Positions 32,391 through 43,681 of a DNA stretch of 64,000 bases are shown here, piece by piece; position 1 is the stretch's first letter, and each line of letters starts with the position of its first letter. Made by a program: the position numbers and the translations under genes. The DNA comes from Laetmonice hystrix (Eukaryota), in contig OZ249436.1 of NCBI GenBank assembly GCA_965235115.1, forward strand, positions 18,912,001-18,976,000, given 5' to 3'. The notes below the pieces were generated by a model that saw only the letters and a program-made list of their open reading frames with translations, was not told the DNA's origin and searched no databases.

Positions 32391-32784
32391 GAATCTAGAG
32401 GGGTGTTCATAGCCTGGTCCCCTGCCCACCAGATATACGTAGCAGTCAATATAGACCTGGGGACCAGGCTAGGGGTGTTAAGGAAACACGAGGCCCGTCG
32501 ACTGGGTGTGCGAGATTGATCAGTGACCAAGTTTTATTGGTTGAAACTGAAACCAAACATATTGGTTAGCTGCCAGTGCACTGTATTGGTCAAAAAGTAT
32601 CAAGGTGCTTGGTTCAAACAACCTTTATACGGCTAATCAAGCATATTGGTTATTTTGTTAACCAATCTGTTTTTAGAGTGTAGAGCTTTCTGAATCAGGC
32701 TAACCGTTCGTATCCCCCCCCCCCCCCCCCTTGCCAGCCCTTTCGGCCCCTTCTGGACCCACCAATGCTGACTATACTGGTAGA

Positions 32785-35041
32785 CCTACTAGGCTGGTTG
32801 GAGAACCCAGATTTCTAGTGAAAGTGGGGGAAAATTCCTATCAAAACTTTCTTGGTGTCATTTAAATCAGAAACCTGTCCACTATCACATATTCAAAATC
32901 CCCATTAATCCCTTTTGGGGAAAAATTTGGACAGGAATTTGAAAGTTTTGATATCTTTTTGCGACTTTTTCACCATTTTGAGTCTAAAGATTACGGGGTA
33001 GGAGTAAGGATACCCTATGTAATAGGCCCTAGGGCCTAAACACACTAGGCGTGCGCGTGCACGCACCCGCACCGCCACGCACGCGCGTGCACGCGCACGC
33101 CAATAATTCCCAATGGAATTTCAATATGACCAAACACACTAGGCGTGCGCGTCACCTAGCGTCACGTCGCCTAGCGTGTTTGGTCATATTTGCACGCCAC
33201 GCAACGCTTCACCGGCATTGCTTGTCCAATCAGATTGCAGCATTTTGACCTACATTTTTTAGAAGGCCTAATTGACCTCTATCAGCTTGTCTGTGTCATC
33301 TTTTTAATATGTCATAGTTCAAAGAGTTAGTAGGCCTAAATGGAACCATCTCTACTATTCTTTTCGATACTATTCTATTCTATTCACGTCACTCAGGTTG
33401 TGATGGAAACCTGCGACAAGTGAGGTGAGGTATAGGCCTATATATAGGGGCCTAATCACTATATATTGTATACAGTCTACGCCAGTGCCAGGATGACCTT
33501 AACAGTCAATGTTTGGTAGAAATCATTCATGGGTAGCTCTATCTAGGAAAATATGGATTCCGTCTCATCTCGGAAGACGTGTGTAGGGGGGAGGGTCCAT
33601 TGTACTGCTCGACCACCAAAGCTTCCTTTTTAGGGAAGTGGCGGTGGCCGAGTGGGCATGGGCGTCGATACCTTATGCTATGCGAATGGGTGCAGTAATC
33701 TTGGGGCCGTAGTTCCATTCCTGTAGAGGACTAGGCCTATACAACTTTTCTCTTTAGGGACATTGTCAAAGTAATTGGGTTACGCCTGATGCCCGTGCAT
33801 TTCAAAAGAAAAATAGGCCTACAGTCAGCTAGGTGGCGTATTTAGGGGCCTTATCACTACAGGCAGGTGGGGTGTAATACTAAATCATGTGTAGCTCTAT
33901 CTAGGAAAATATGGATTCCGTCTCATTTCGGAACATGTGTGTAGGGGGGAGGGTCCATTGTCCTGCTCGACCACCAAAGCTCTTTTTTTTAGGGGAGTGG
34001 CGGTGGCCGAGTGGGCATGGGTGTCGACACCTTATGCTATGCGAATGGGTGCAGTAATCTTGGGGCCGGGGTTCGATTCCTGTAGAGGACGATACAACCT
34101 TTCTCTTTAGGGACATTGTCAAAGTAATTGGGTTACCCCTGATGCCCGTGCATTTCAAAAGAAAAATACAGGCAGGTGGGGGTATATAGGTTCCTAATCA
34201 CTACATGTTTGGGAGCCCTAGAAACCCTATCAGAATACTGCTAATGGTGGTTGCTAGGGAGATCAACGTAAAGGACATCTGTTGCTAGGCAACCACTTGA
34301 TTAAAACATAACATAATTATTAATACTCAATTCAGTGCACCCATTTATACGGGTAGGTGCCAGCCTTGCAACAGCCTTGTTTTATAAAGAAAAGAAGTAC
34401 ACCATCAAACTCCTTGGAGTTACTTTTTGGGCGGTAGGAGTGATTACGTTCTCCCTAGGGCCATTATTTATTGAGGTATATGACACTATACGAGTAGAAT
34501 GGCGGCCATGTTGAATTATGTCTGTTGCTAGGCAACCGTTGAGATTCCGACTTGGTAACTGAGATTACCCTAGAACTGGCCTTTACCATATTATACTCAA
34601 AAATGCCCCTTGAGGGCTCCAGAGAGACTTTTGCATAGAACTATCCCAGTCTATTGAGTCGTACATTTTGGAGATATTAAAGAAAGATGTTCTGTTGGGC
34701 CGCCATATTGGAATCCAAGATGGCGGCCTAACGGTACATATTTTCTGCTGGAAAAAAATGTGATTTAAACTGCTGTAGTGTTATTTGCCTGAAAAAGAAG
34801 TATAGGGCCTATTACATAGGGTATCTTTACTCCTACCACGTAATCTTTAGACTCAAAATGGTGAAAAAGTCGCAAAAAAATATCAAAAATTTCAAATTCC
34901 TGTCAAAATTTTTCCTCAAAAGGGATTAATGGGATTTTGAATGTGATAGTGGGCAGGTTTCTGCTTCAAATGACACCAAGAAAGCTTTGATAGGAATTTT
35001 TTCCCACTTCAAGCCTTCTCCAACCTGTCTATACATGTAGG
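32785..35041. repeat. ~250-bp inverted repeat pair (32785-33030 and 34803-35041)
   Basis: For example, CACCATTTTGAGTCTAAAGATTACG..GTAGGAGTAAGGATACCCTATGTAATAGGCCCTA is the reverse complement of the sequence starting at 34803, with scattered mismatches. Confidence 0.9.
33534..34168 (+). mobile_element. two tandem copies (33534-33815, 33892-34168) of a dispersed repeat with internal tRNA-like A/B boxes
   Basis: A box TGGCCGAGTGG at 34004-34014 and B box GGTTCGATTCC at 34070-34080. The 3' half is also present at ~19527-19657. Confidence 0.75.
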
Positions 35042-35149
35042 GGACTGTCTCAACGTTTGCACTGTCTCTTCAAATGCGCAGGATTTCCGACTGCGGATGG
35101 CCGCTGCTGCGGGCACGACGCCTGGCGGAACCTGAGGGTATACTACGCC

Positions 35150-37003
35150 ATGTGTGAGGCCGCGTTGGCGATGGCCCACGTGATGAGTTTGAACACGTGC
35201 AGCGCGCGTCAGCTGGCCCACGTGCCTGGGGTGAACACGACTCTCGCCGACGCCGTCATCAGGTACCGGGACTCACACGGCGGCTTCCGGCGTCTCGAGG
35301 AGTTGAAGGCGGTGACGGGCATGACGAGCTCCCAGTACAAGCTTCTCTGTCGCCATGTGTGTGTGTCCCCTCAGTCAGCCATGCTGGGAGTCGCGACCAA
35401 CCCCCGGGCCGTCGCTAAGCTCGGCCTGGCCAAGTCTCTCACTCAGTTTGTGTGTCAAGGGCAGTCCTTCTCGTCTGCTCGTGACTTACGTCATAGGAAA
35501 CCTTCCCAAGCTGACCAGGTCCAAGACGACAGTTCACTCCACCGGGACCCTCCTCCCAGCCCGTCGGCTGCCATTAGTGCCAACAAAACCTGTTTAACCA
35601 AGGAGAGAGTGACAGAGGACGGGAAGGCTGCACACTCTGCGGAAAGAGGGCGACCTCTGATCCTGGTGCCGAACATGGAACGGCCCTCGGACTGGAAGAA
35701 GTTGTACAAATATCATCGCTGGATGAGGAACTCAGCAGGACATGGGGTGAAATCACGGCGACATGAAATGGTCAAAGACAACAGGTGTGCTCCAGACAAG
35801 GATATGTCTATTAAACCATCAAATGAAGCTGTCCCAAGGAGCGTTGACCCAATCACGACAGGCCCGACCCTGAAGGACCCGTTGGTTGCCACCTGTCCGT
35901 ATACCTCGGTGAGTATCATGAACCTGTCGGGTACAGTCGACCGTCATCAACTTCCCGACACGAGCCGTCGGCCGACAGACGTCCAGCTGACCCTCGTGGG
36001 GAGCAGTGCCAGAACGGGTGACCTTAACCTTGATATGGTCGCCATTGACACTGTGGCAGGGGAAAACGATCGCGTCTGGCCTGGAGATCCATCCAACCAA
36101 AGCGGCGAAACAAGGCCGAAAGATGTGCCGGTAAAGCCCAGCATCTCTGCTGACAGATTACATTCAGACCATGCAGTTGTGCCAAAGCCATGCAATGTGG
36201 GAATGAGGTTGGGAAGATTTCTCAGCCAGAATGGCGTGTATCCGAATGGTGCGACTAGTTCAGCCTCTATGCCCAACGTCTCCCCATTGACCCGAGAAAA
36301 CATGCTCTTGTTTGACCACCACAGTCGGCTCCTTGAGTCAGACCGGCGCCTATTCATGGAGGCTTGGGTTGAGGATGTGAACGAGGCGAGGTGTATTGGG
36401 GAACACATCGTGAACACCACGGTCCACTCCGATCTGAACTCCCTGGTCGAAGCCAAGGACGGCGTAGAGGTCATCGAAATCTCGACAGGTGTCAGGGCAG
36501 TGGCAACGTGCCCAACTTTCAGGAACATCTCAAAGAGCGTTAAAATACAAGCAATAAAGGCATCAACTCAATCTCCGTTAGCGGTCTCTCCAGAGGTCAA
36601 TAGGCGGAATACTGTCTCAATGGACACTTACTGCGCCGGGGGCAAACTTCATGGCCAGCCGAGGGGTAAAGGAAACTTTCTGGGGGTAGACTGCAGGAAT
36701 CTGCAAGAAGGTTTCAAGCAGAATTCCACTGACAGGACGACCTCGATTCTTCAGACAACTGATACACACCAGAACTCTGACCTGACCCCACACTTTCAAC
36801 GTAGCGGCGGCCACAGGCATAGGACAATCCAGGACATTCAGTTGACGGGGAAATCTGAACCAACCAAGAAACTGAAGCGCATGGTCAACAACTACGTCCT
36901 GCAGCGAAACCCCACGGCACGGCACTCCCAGGGAGCCGGTACTCAGCTAACAACAAACCTCCTTAACCGGGCAAAGAGACAATGTTATTTCGTAGTTAAA
37001 TAA
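35150..37003 (+). CDS. uncharacterised protein with N-terminal tandem helix-hairpin-helix (ComEA/EEPD1-like) domain, ~617 aa
   Basis: Long stop-free ORF, first ATG at 35150 (gccATG), acceptor AG at 35080-35081. SLNTCSARQLAHVPGVNTTLADAVIRYRDSHGGFRRLEELKAVTGMTSSQYKLLCRHVCV fits the INTA..EL..LPG....A..I..YR...G.F...EDL..V.G pattern. Confidence 0.85.
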   Translation: MCEAALAMAHVMSLNTCSARQLAHVPGVNTTLADAVIRYRDSHGGFRRLEELKAVTGMTSSQYKLLCRHVCVSPQSAMLGVATNPRAVAKLGLAKSLTQFVCQGQSFSSARDLRHRKPSQADQVQDDSSLHRDPPPSPSAAISANKTCLTKERVTEDGKAAHSAERGRPLILVPNMERPSDWKKLYKYHRWMRNSAGHGVKSRRHEMVKDNRCAPDKDMSIKPSNEAVPRSVDPITTGPTLKDPLVATCPYTSVSIMNLSGTVDRHQLPDTSRRPTDVQLTLVGSSARTGDLNLDMVAIDTVAGENDRVWPGDPSNQSGETRPKDVPVKPSISADRLHSDHAVVPKPCNVGMRLGRFLSQNGVYPNGATSSASMPNVSPLTRENMLLFDHHSRLLESDRRLFMEAWVEDVNEARCIGEHIVNTTVHSDLNSLVEAKDGVEVIEISTGVRAVATCPTFRNISKSVKIQAIKASTQSPLAVSPEVNRRNTVSMDTYCAGGKLHGQPRGKGNFLGVDCRNLQEGFKQNSTDRTTSILQTTDTHQNSDLTPHFQRSGGHRHRTIQDIQLTGKSEPTKKLKRMVNNYVLQRNPTARHSQGAGTQLTTNLLNRAKRQCYFVVK

Positions 37004-38195
37004 TCCTCACCTAATGGTGGTATATTTCTGTGTCTTCCGAACTGCAGTCTGCTAAATTTAAATATAAAATGGTCAGATTATTTCTATAATAGATTGTAGT
37101 TAAAGGCCGGATTTTTATCTTTTAAACAAATACAATCGACCGTTCTTAAAACGATATTGAGAATCATGGCCAGTTGTGGTACCAAATTTAGTAAATAGTA
37201 TATCTTTAGCTATAATTCTGAGATAAAGTTAAAATCATTCGTGCGAACACGGGTATACGTATAATGTTCCATTCCGATATAACACAGCATGTAGGCCTAC
37301 TAAAGATTTTAAACGCCGCTAGGTGGCTATGTTCGGCAGATGCGCTGAGAGCCACTTTTCGTCGTTATTTTATTTCCGTCTGTTTCTCAATAAAATCAAA
37401 CTATAAAAACGTGATATGGACGGGCAGATCGATGTACGTGACGTTTTTGATGTTACCAACTCCCTCGAAGTGAAGGTTTGTGATATAACTGAGAGATGCT
37501 ATCCTGCATGGTAAAATTAAAACGATATCGCTTTGTTGGACACCTTTATTCGTCGACAAGGTCGAGGACCCTTCGAAATGATACGTCTGGAACAAATCAC
37601 TATATAACACAATGTATATAAAAAATAACTTTACTTCAACAAATCCGCTATACATATGTACAATTACACATGACCATTATAGGCCTACGGCCTACGACAG
37701 GTTATTCCAAGCTCAAAGTTCTTCAAATTTCTAACGTTAACTAGTGTATTCGAGACCGAAGCGTGAAGCGGCATGTCACAGTGTACATTGTAGTTTTAAT
37801 TAATTAATTTACTCTCCCCCCGGGGAAAGTAACATAATATCAACAGTGCCCTCCTGGAACAATTCGTATAGGTATTATAGTCCCTGTTTTTTTTAGCGGC
37901 GGAAGGGCGGTAATTACCCCCCCCCCCTCCCCCCCCCATTTTGGACGGCCTACCGACTTGAACCATTTAAAGCCATTTAATGCACCTTACATGCCCGTTG
38001 GCCTACAAATGGTGTCTTCATAGCCAGAAGCCAATCTTTCCCACCCTATAGCTTCAAGTATAGCCTAGTCCTCTAGACCTAGGCCGGGCCTATAGGCCTA
38101 GCCCCTACGGGTAGACACTTCTCGCCATAATCGAAAATGTTTGCAGACATCCTTCAAACAATTGCATTGTTTTCAGTCCTCAGCATATTATGGGG

Positions 38196-39772
38196 TTAGA
38201 AGTGTTTCTGGTGGGGGTGTAGTTGGGGCAGGGCCTCCACCCTGGAGGGGTTATCGTAGCGGGGTGGGTGGTAGAGCCCCCACTGGGGAACCTCCACCTG
38301 GCCGAGCGGCGGTCCATGTGGCTCCCTCTGGCGGCCCGCGGGAACCGGTCGCGCCTCCTGGCGGGGCCCGCCAAAAGCTGCCCTCTCGGTCGGTTTCGAG
38401 GTGAGCTCCCATGGCCACGTGCGCTCCTTGTGGTCGGCTTGACGGATAATGTCTTCCCTCCGGGAATACCACGACGGTACGGTGGACACTCGGCTCTTGG
38501 TGTACATGTCCGGGGCTCCCGCTGTCCACTTCCTCCATCCGCCCTGCACAGAACACGGACATAAGAATCTGAGGACGTGAACTCCCCCCCCCTTAATTAC
38601 CAGGATTCTGGTAAGTGGGGGTGGGGGTGGGGGTGGGGGTGGGGGGTGGTGGTCAGCATGGTTAATTCAGAAAGTACTATGAGGTAAAAAAAAAAGTTTT
38701 GTTACCAAAGCGGGGGGGGGGGGGGGGGTTCGAACTCCCCACCAACATCTGACCCTGCACAATCGTGTCATTTTAGTCCTCGCCTCAAAGCCCTAGACTA
38801 AGCTAGAGCCTCCCCCTAATGTATTTTAATTGTCGGACAAATGAAAATAAGCTTCAGCCTTGTATCAACCGGCACCATACAGTAGGCCTAAGCAGTTTCA
38901 GAACCAATCGCCAATTATTGTTATGGTAATTAAAGATTGACAGAAAAGGGTACAATAAAATTTAGCTATGTCAATATGCGGCTATATCGGTGTATGATTG
39001 AGTGAACTTACCTGGCCAAGGTCACAGTGACTCGTATGGTAGATGTTTGGCTGGTCAAGATGTGCCTGCCTGCAATCAGTATATCCAGGAATGATACCCC
39101 TCTAACAGTGGTGTTTTGGGTTTTGTTGTTGTTGTGTTTTTTGTTTTGGAGGGGGGGGGGGGCGATCAACTCCCTTTCGATGTCTTTGATATTTGTCGGG
39201 GGGGGGGGGAGACGCGGATCCAGGGGGCCACGTGCCCCCCCCCTCCCCCAACCCCCAAAAGTGGCTGATCCCCGGTCTATAATTCGGGCCCTTTTTACCA
39301 TTATAATCTATAGGATTCCGACTGTGCCCCCGAGCACACCCCTTCTGGATCCGCCCGGGGGGGGGGGGGGGGGGGGCTTGTGATTAGGTGTCTTGTAAAC
39401 GTGTGTGCTGGGGGGGGGGGGTCTTGCGATTTGGTGTCTTGTAAACGTGTGTGTGCGTTGGGGGGCCTCATAATCTGGGATAACGACCCCCCCCCCCCCC
39501 CCCCCCCCCAAATCACCTTGACACAGAAAGAACATGGCGGGAAAACATTGTGTATAGGGTGTAGGCATACGTGCATGCGTGACTATGAGATATAACAGCT
39601 AAAGTTTTGCATGGTTTCTTTAAAGCTTATATATCTCTCTCTCTCAGTGGATAGGTTACAGAATGTAATATTTGACAAGTCACCTCTACAACTTCAGTAG
39701 GCCGAGCAGACTACTCACCACATTGTGGGCATACTGGCAAGTGGGTTTGTTCTCTGTCTCGTGTGAACCCAT
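38196..39772 (-). CDS. uncharacterised 163-aa protein, 3 coding exons (39772-39719, 39101-39012, 38543-38196)
   Basis: Donors GTGAGT and GTAAGT, both phase 0, give one open frame: MGSHETENKPTCQYAHNV-RGIIPGYTDCRQAHLDQPNIYHTSHCDLGQ-GGWRKWTAGAPDMYTKSRV...HPHQKHF*. Last exon is GC3-rich. Confidence 0.72.
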
Positions 39773-39953
39773 GACGGTTCCAGCGTTGTGGGGTAGGACG
39801 CCATAATATTCCCGGTGACCAGCGATCAGGGTAAATTTTACCAAAGGTTAGTAAACACACTGGCTGACTGACTGCTCGTGTCATGCGCAGTGAAACATTA
39901 GTACTGGCTCTTATTAACACTCAAACATTACTGTCTGTAGCGTCTCCGCGCTC

Positions 39954-39966
39954 CCTGCTTAGCAAC
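39954..39966. promoter_or_regulatory. RFX X-box-like element in a putative bidirectional promoter
   Basis: CCTGCTTAGCAAC (reverse GTTGCTAAGCAGG) lies between the divergent ATGs at 39772 and 40278. Confidence 0.4.
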
Positions 39967-40277
39967 GGTAAAACAATCACCTGTTGGTCGCTCGTAGCAC
40001 AGAAAATCACCATATTTCTTAGCGGCTTGGACTAATCATTTGATACACGTGAAACTTTTTATCAAGAGTTCTCACCTTATGTCGGCAATGTTGTCATAAC
40101 GAACGGATTAATTTGTTAAGTACGAGGTATATTATCGTGATCGCAAGGGGCCTACCAATTAGCCAGCGTCTTACAAGCGTCGTTAGCGACGGGACAGTAC
40201 CGGGACGTGACCTGACGGACGCCCAGCCCGCAGTCAGTCGGTGAGCGTTGAGAAACGTGTGGAATATTGTCGTAACA

Positions 40278-41571
40278 ATGACATCAACCAACAGAGAGCC
40301 AGACTGGGCCCGGGTACCCCCACACGTGCCAACCTACCCCAACCCTCCCGCCTACTTCAGGTAACGATTTTACCGTTCTTCATTTCGTCTGCTGCCGAGA
40401 GACACTCTACGATTATACATTGACAGTGTTATTGTAATATTGATTGATTGCAATGGGGTCAGAAATTCGAGCTTCAAAGAAGTGTTGAAGTTAGTCCGAT
40501 GAGTCAGTGTTTTATTGGGGCGGGAGGGGGACGACCTCCTGTAGTGAAAGCTCAGAGATTCATTTATAACTTACATGGAGTGACTGCGTGTATCACTTGT
40601 TCTCTTTGCCTTAAAGCGGAGCGTTTTAAGTAGAACTCTGTGAACCCAAGTTCTACATTTAAATTGTTGAAGAAAAAAAGAAATACTGGAAGCACATTGC
40701 CACATATGCCTATAAGTATCTGTTCGATAATAGGCATTGATATGGGCCAAGAGGTGAGGTATTAGTTACTAACGACAGAATGTCTTTATCACACTGTTTC
40801 AGACAAACGCCTGCCAACAGATACACTGCACAGACTGGAGACAAAGGTTATTCGGTACGCTGTCCCACTCATGGCTATACTTCGTAATCACCAATACAAT
40901 AAATCAATTAGATGATGACACTTAAGGTGGTTATAGCAGGGGTACTCTTTAAACTAGGAATGTTTTCTGGACTCCCCATTATCTTGTGGTTCACCTTATC
41001 TAGAAAAGATTTTTTACAGGTTTTCTGTGACTGGTTTTAAAAAACAACTTATAATATCAAGTGAGGTATCTCTGGTCACACGCCACAATGTTCTATCATA
41101 GATTTGATATAGATTGATAGAATTATACATCAGTGATTCCCTTCATGTGACCATTAACTTTCCTTTTGTTGCCAGACGTGGTGGAGTAAATGGCACCCAG
41201 CCAGACCCGTGGAGTGGCGTGAAGAACATTACAGGACCGACCCAGAGACGCCTGCCATGCGTAAGATCGCCTTTGAGAAGGGCACCTTGAAACCTGGTCA
41301 TGTAGCGTCGTGGGAGCAGCCGCCATGGCGCCAGCAGTACCTCCGACAGGGACTGCCTGAGGCGGAGACTGTCCGGGCCCGCGGCCTCAACCGTGCTTAC
41401 ACTGTCAGCAATGATAAAAACGTCTACCAGTTCTCGAACGCTATGACGTCAACACAGTACCGGAAACCCGTCACGGGCGTCTACGGACCAATGTTACGTC
41501 AGAATGTCTATGGGGTCAATACACAGCACAACAATCATGGCTTCATGAACTTCCAAGATTTGTACTTCTGA
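40278..41571 (+). CDS. uncharacterised 176-aa protein, 3 coding exons (40278-40360, 40803-40854, 41176-41571)
   Basis: Frame-consistent GT-AG splicing gives MTSTNREPDWARVPPHVPTYPNPPAYFR-QTPANRYTAQTGDKGYS-TWWSKWHPARPVEWREEHYRTDP...GFMNFQDLYF*. AATAAA at 41584. Confidence 0.78.
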
Positions 41572-42520
41572 GGAAGATGTTTTAATAAATGGAGACTGAA
41601 ATCATATTTTTGTTGCCTACTGTCCCAACAGGCTGGCTGAAGGAAATCAAATATTCGAACATTTTACACATGGACTGTGCTAATCATCAGTCTGTAGAGC
41701 GCATGGAGGAAGTTGCAGTTCTGTACCCTAAGGTGACCTGATTGAGGTAAAATCTAACACACATACCAGAAGTACATGTACATTACATTGACTTTTTTGG
41801 CGAATGAAACTGGACATATTCCGGAGGGGGGGGGGGGGGGAGCAGTGTATGGAAAGAAAGGCCTGGAAGGACCAGTCGGTAGCACATTATGTACAGGGGA
41901 GAATCATGAATGAAATCATTTTACCCCACTATGACTCGAGGAAATTTATGGGCAATGATCAGAGATGTAAATAATTAAAATACATGTAATAAAAAATTGA
42001 GCGTAGTTACCATCTGGTATTGTTTTTTTCCCCCTTTTACCAAAAATAACCCGTTTCAGAAAAATTGCCAAACATGGACTGAGATAAACGTGTGACAGCC
42101 TCCTAATTCATATATTCTGGACGGGGGGGCCAGGGGGGGGGGGGTCCCCGGCAGTATGTACGAATGGCACTGGTGGTCGCGAGTATACATCATCATCACA
42201 GGTAGAACATTCTCATCAGTTAAAACATGTTGGCCTTTATTTGGATCTCTCTACTGACCAGGCGCTGGCGGTAGATGTGCATGTACCTTTTTGTATGAGA
42301 TCATAATTGTACGACATACCTGATGAAAGAACCCACTTGATCTCTGCCCGAGAGGATGCCGTGTGTAACCAGGTTTAACTAGCCATATTTCATGTGACAA
42401 TTCATTATCAGAGACCATAAGTTGTACCATGTTATATTATGATTCCATAAGGATACGTCCGTCGCAACTTGTTGGGGTGTGACGTAAATTAATAGCATCA
42501 CAAACTATTGTTGTTCCTTA

Positions 42521-43000
42521 AGCTGGCACTACACTAGGCGATTCCATTGCGATTACGTTGCAATCACATTGAGATTTCACGTTCCAACGGTCGCATCGCA
42601 TAGTGTAGCAGGCTCCGTCGCCCATCGCAAGGCCGTCGCAAACTCGTTGTGACCGTGGGAACGTGAAATCGCAAAGAATGAACATGTTCATGATGGTTGC
42701 AGCTGAATCGCACTGTTTTCCTGCTTGCTACAAGTGTAGCCATCGCCGTCACTCGTTGCAATGACGTGTCTGCTGGATGAACCAACCAGAAGTCGCTATA
42801 CTTATGAATTATTTGTGATTATTTGTACGAATATTGGTTGAAATGAGACGGCAAATCGGGTGAGCGGTCCCCTGATTGATCGCCAAGTGTAGCAGCATTA
42901 CCGATGCAACGAGCGAGAGATGAGTGACCGGCATCCCCCCGGGTTGCGATGGGTAGTTCAAAGCAAATCGCTTGTTGCGTCGCCTAGTGTAGCACTAGCT
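42521..43000. mobile_element. PIF/Harbinger-like MITE, TSD TTA
   Basis: TIR AGCTGGCACTACACTAGGCGA / TCGCCTAGTGTAGCACTAGCT with TTA on both sides. Confidence 0.85.
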
Positions 43001-43681
43001 TTAGATAACAGATATCCTATCTGGACCATTGTAACATTCTCTGGGCAGAATTTATTTTGCATAAAATACAAAATGTATTTCTTCACTCACACATTCAATG
43101 ATTCATTAGATTCAGTATCCCTTCTTCAGCAGGATTTCCAGTGATCACACAACATACAGCCATATGTACAATCTATGTTCAATAATTCATAAGCATAAAT
43201 GATAAAAACACGTTACCAATACCTCGGTACTAGCATGGCAGCCTAAAATAGCAGTAGTTGCAGTATTGACAACGCTGTGTTTTACTGTCTTTGTGAGCCT
43301 CAGAATAAAAAGCATGTATAAACTTGAAAGCAGGGCTACGCATGTAGGTCTATCATCTTTTGAGGCTTTTGTTGGTTTATAGATGTAAGCGACAAGAAGT
43401 TTTGGTCAGTTTGGTGTCCGCACGTAGTCAGAAAACATTTAATTAATTCACACCCTGCTAAGTTTGTGATGACTCACAGACAAACACAAACACAGCCAGA
43501 GCCGAGCTTACACTTTGATTTGTGACATCTCACCCACACGTCTTCCCAGAATCAGATGTATATTTACTGTCTGACTGATGAACGATCTCCTGAGATTGTG
43601 ATCAGTTATTAAAAACATCCACACTCACATCGTTCTGTACAACATAGACCAGGATTTGCTAACCAGGTTTGACCTCAGAGG

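Noticed and set aside
34250..34730. GTTGCTAGGCAAC X-boxes and paired YY1-like GCCATATTGG/CAAGATGGCGGC as the HhH gene promoter
   Set aside because: They sit in repeat-like sequence inside the inverted-repeat spacer and are more simply transposon-borne motifs.
35057..35149. ORF-track start of the HhH gene at 35057
   Set aside because: It is a TTG inside a probable polypyrimidine/acceptor region. The first ATG in good context is 35150.
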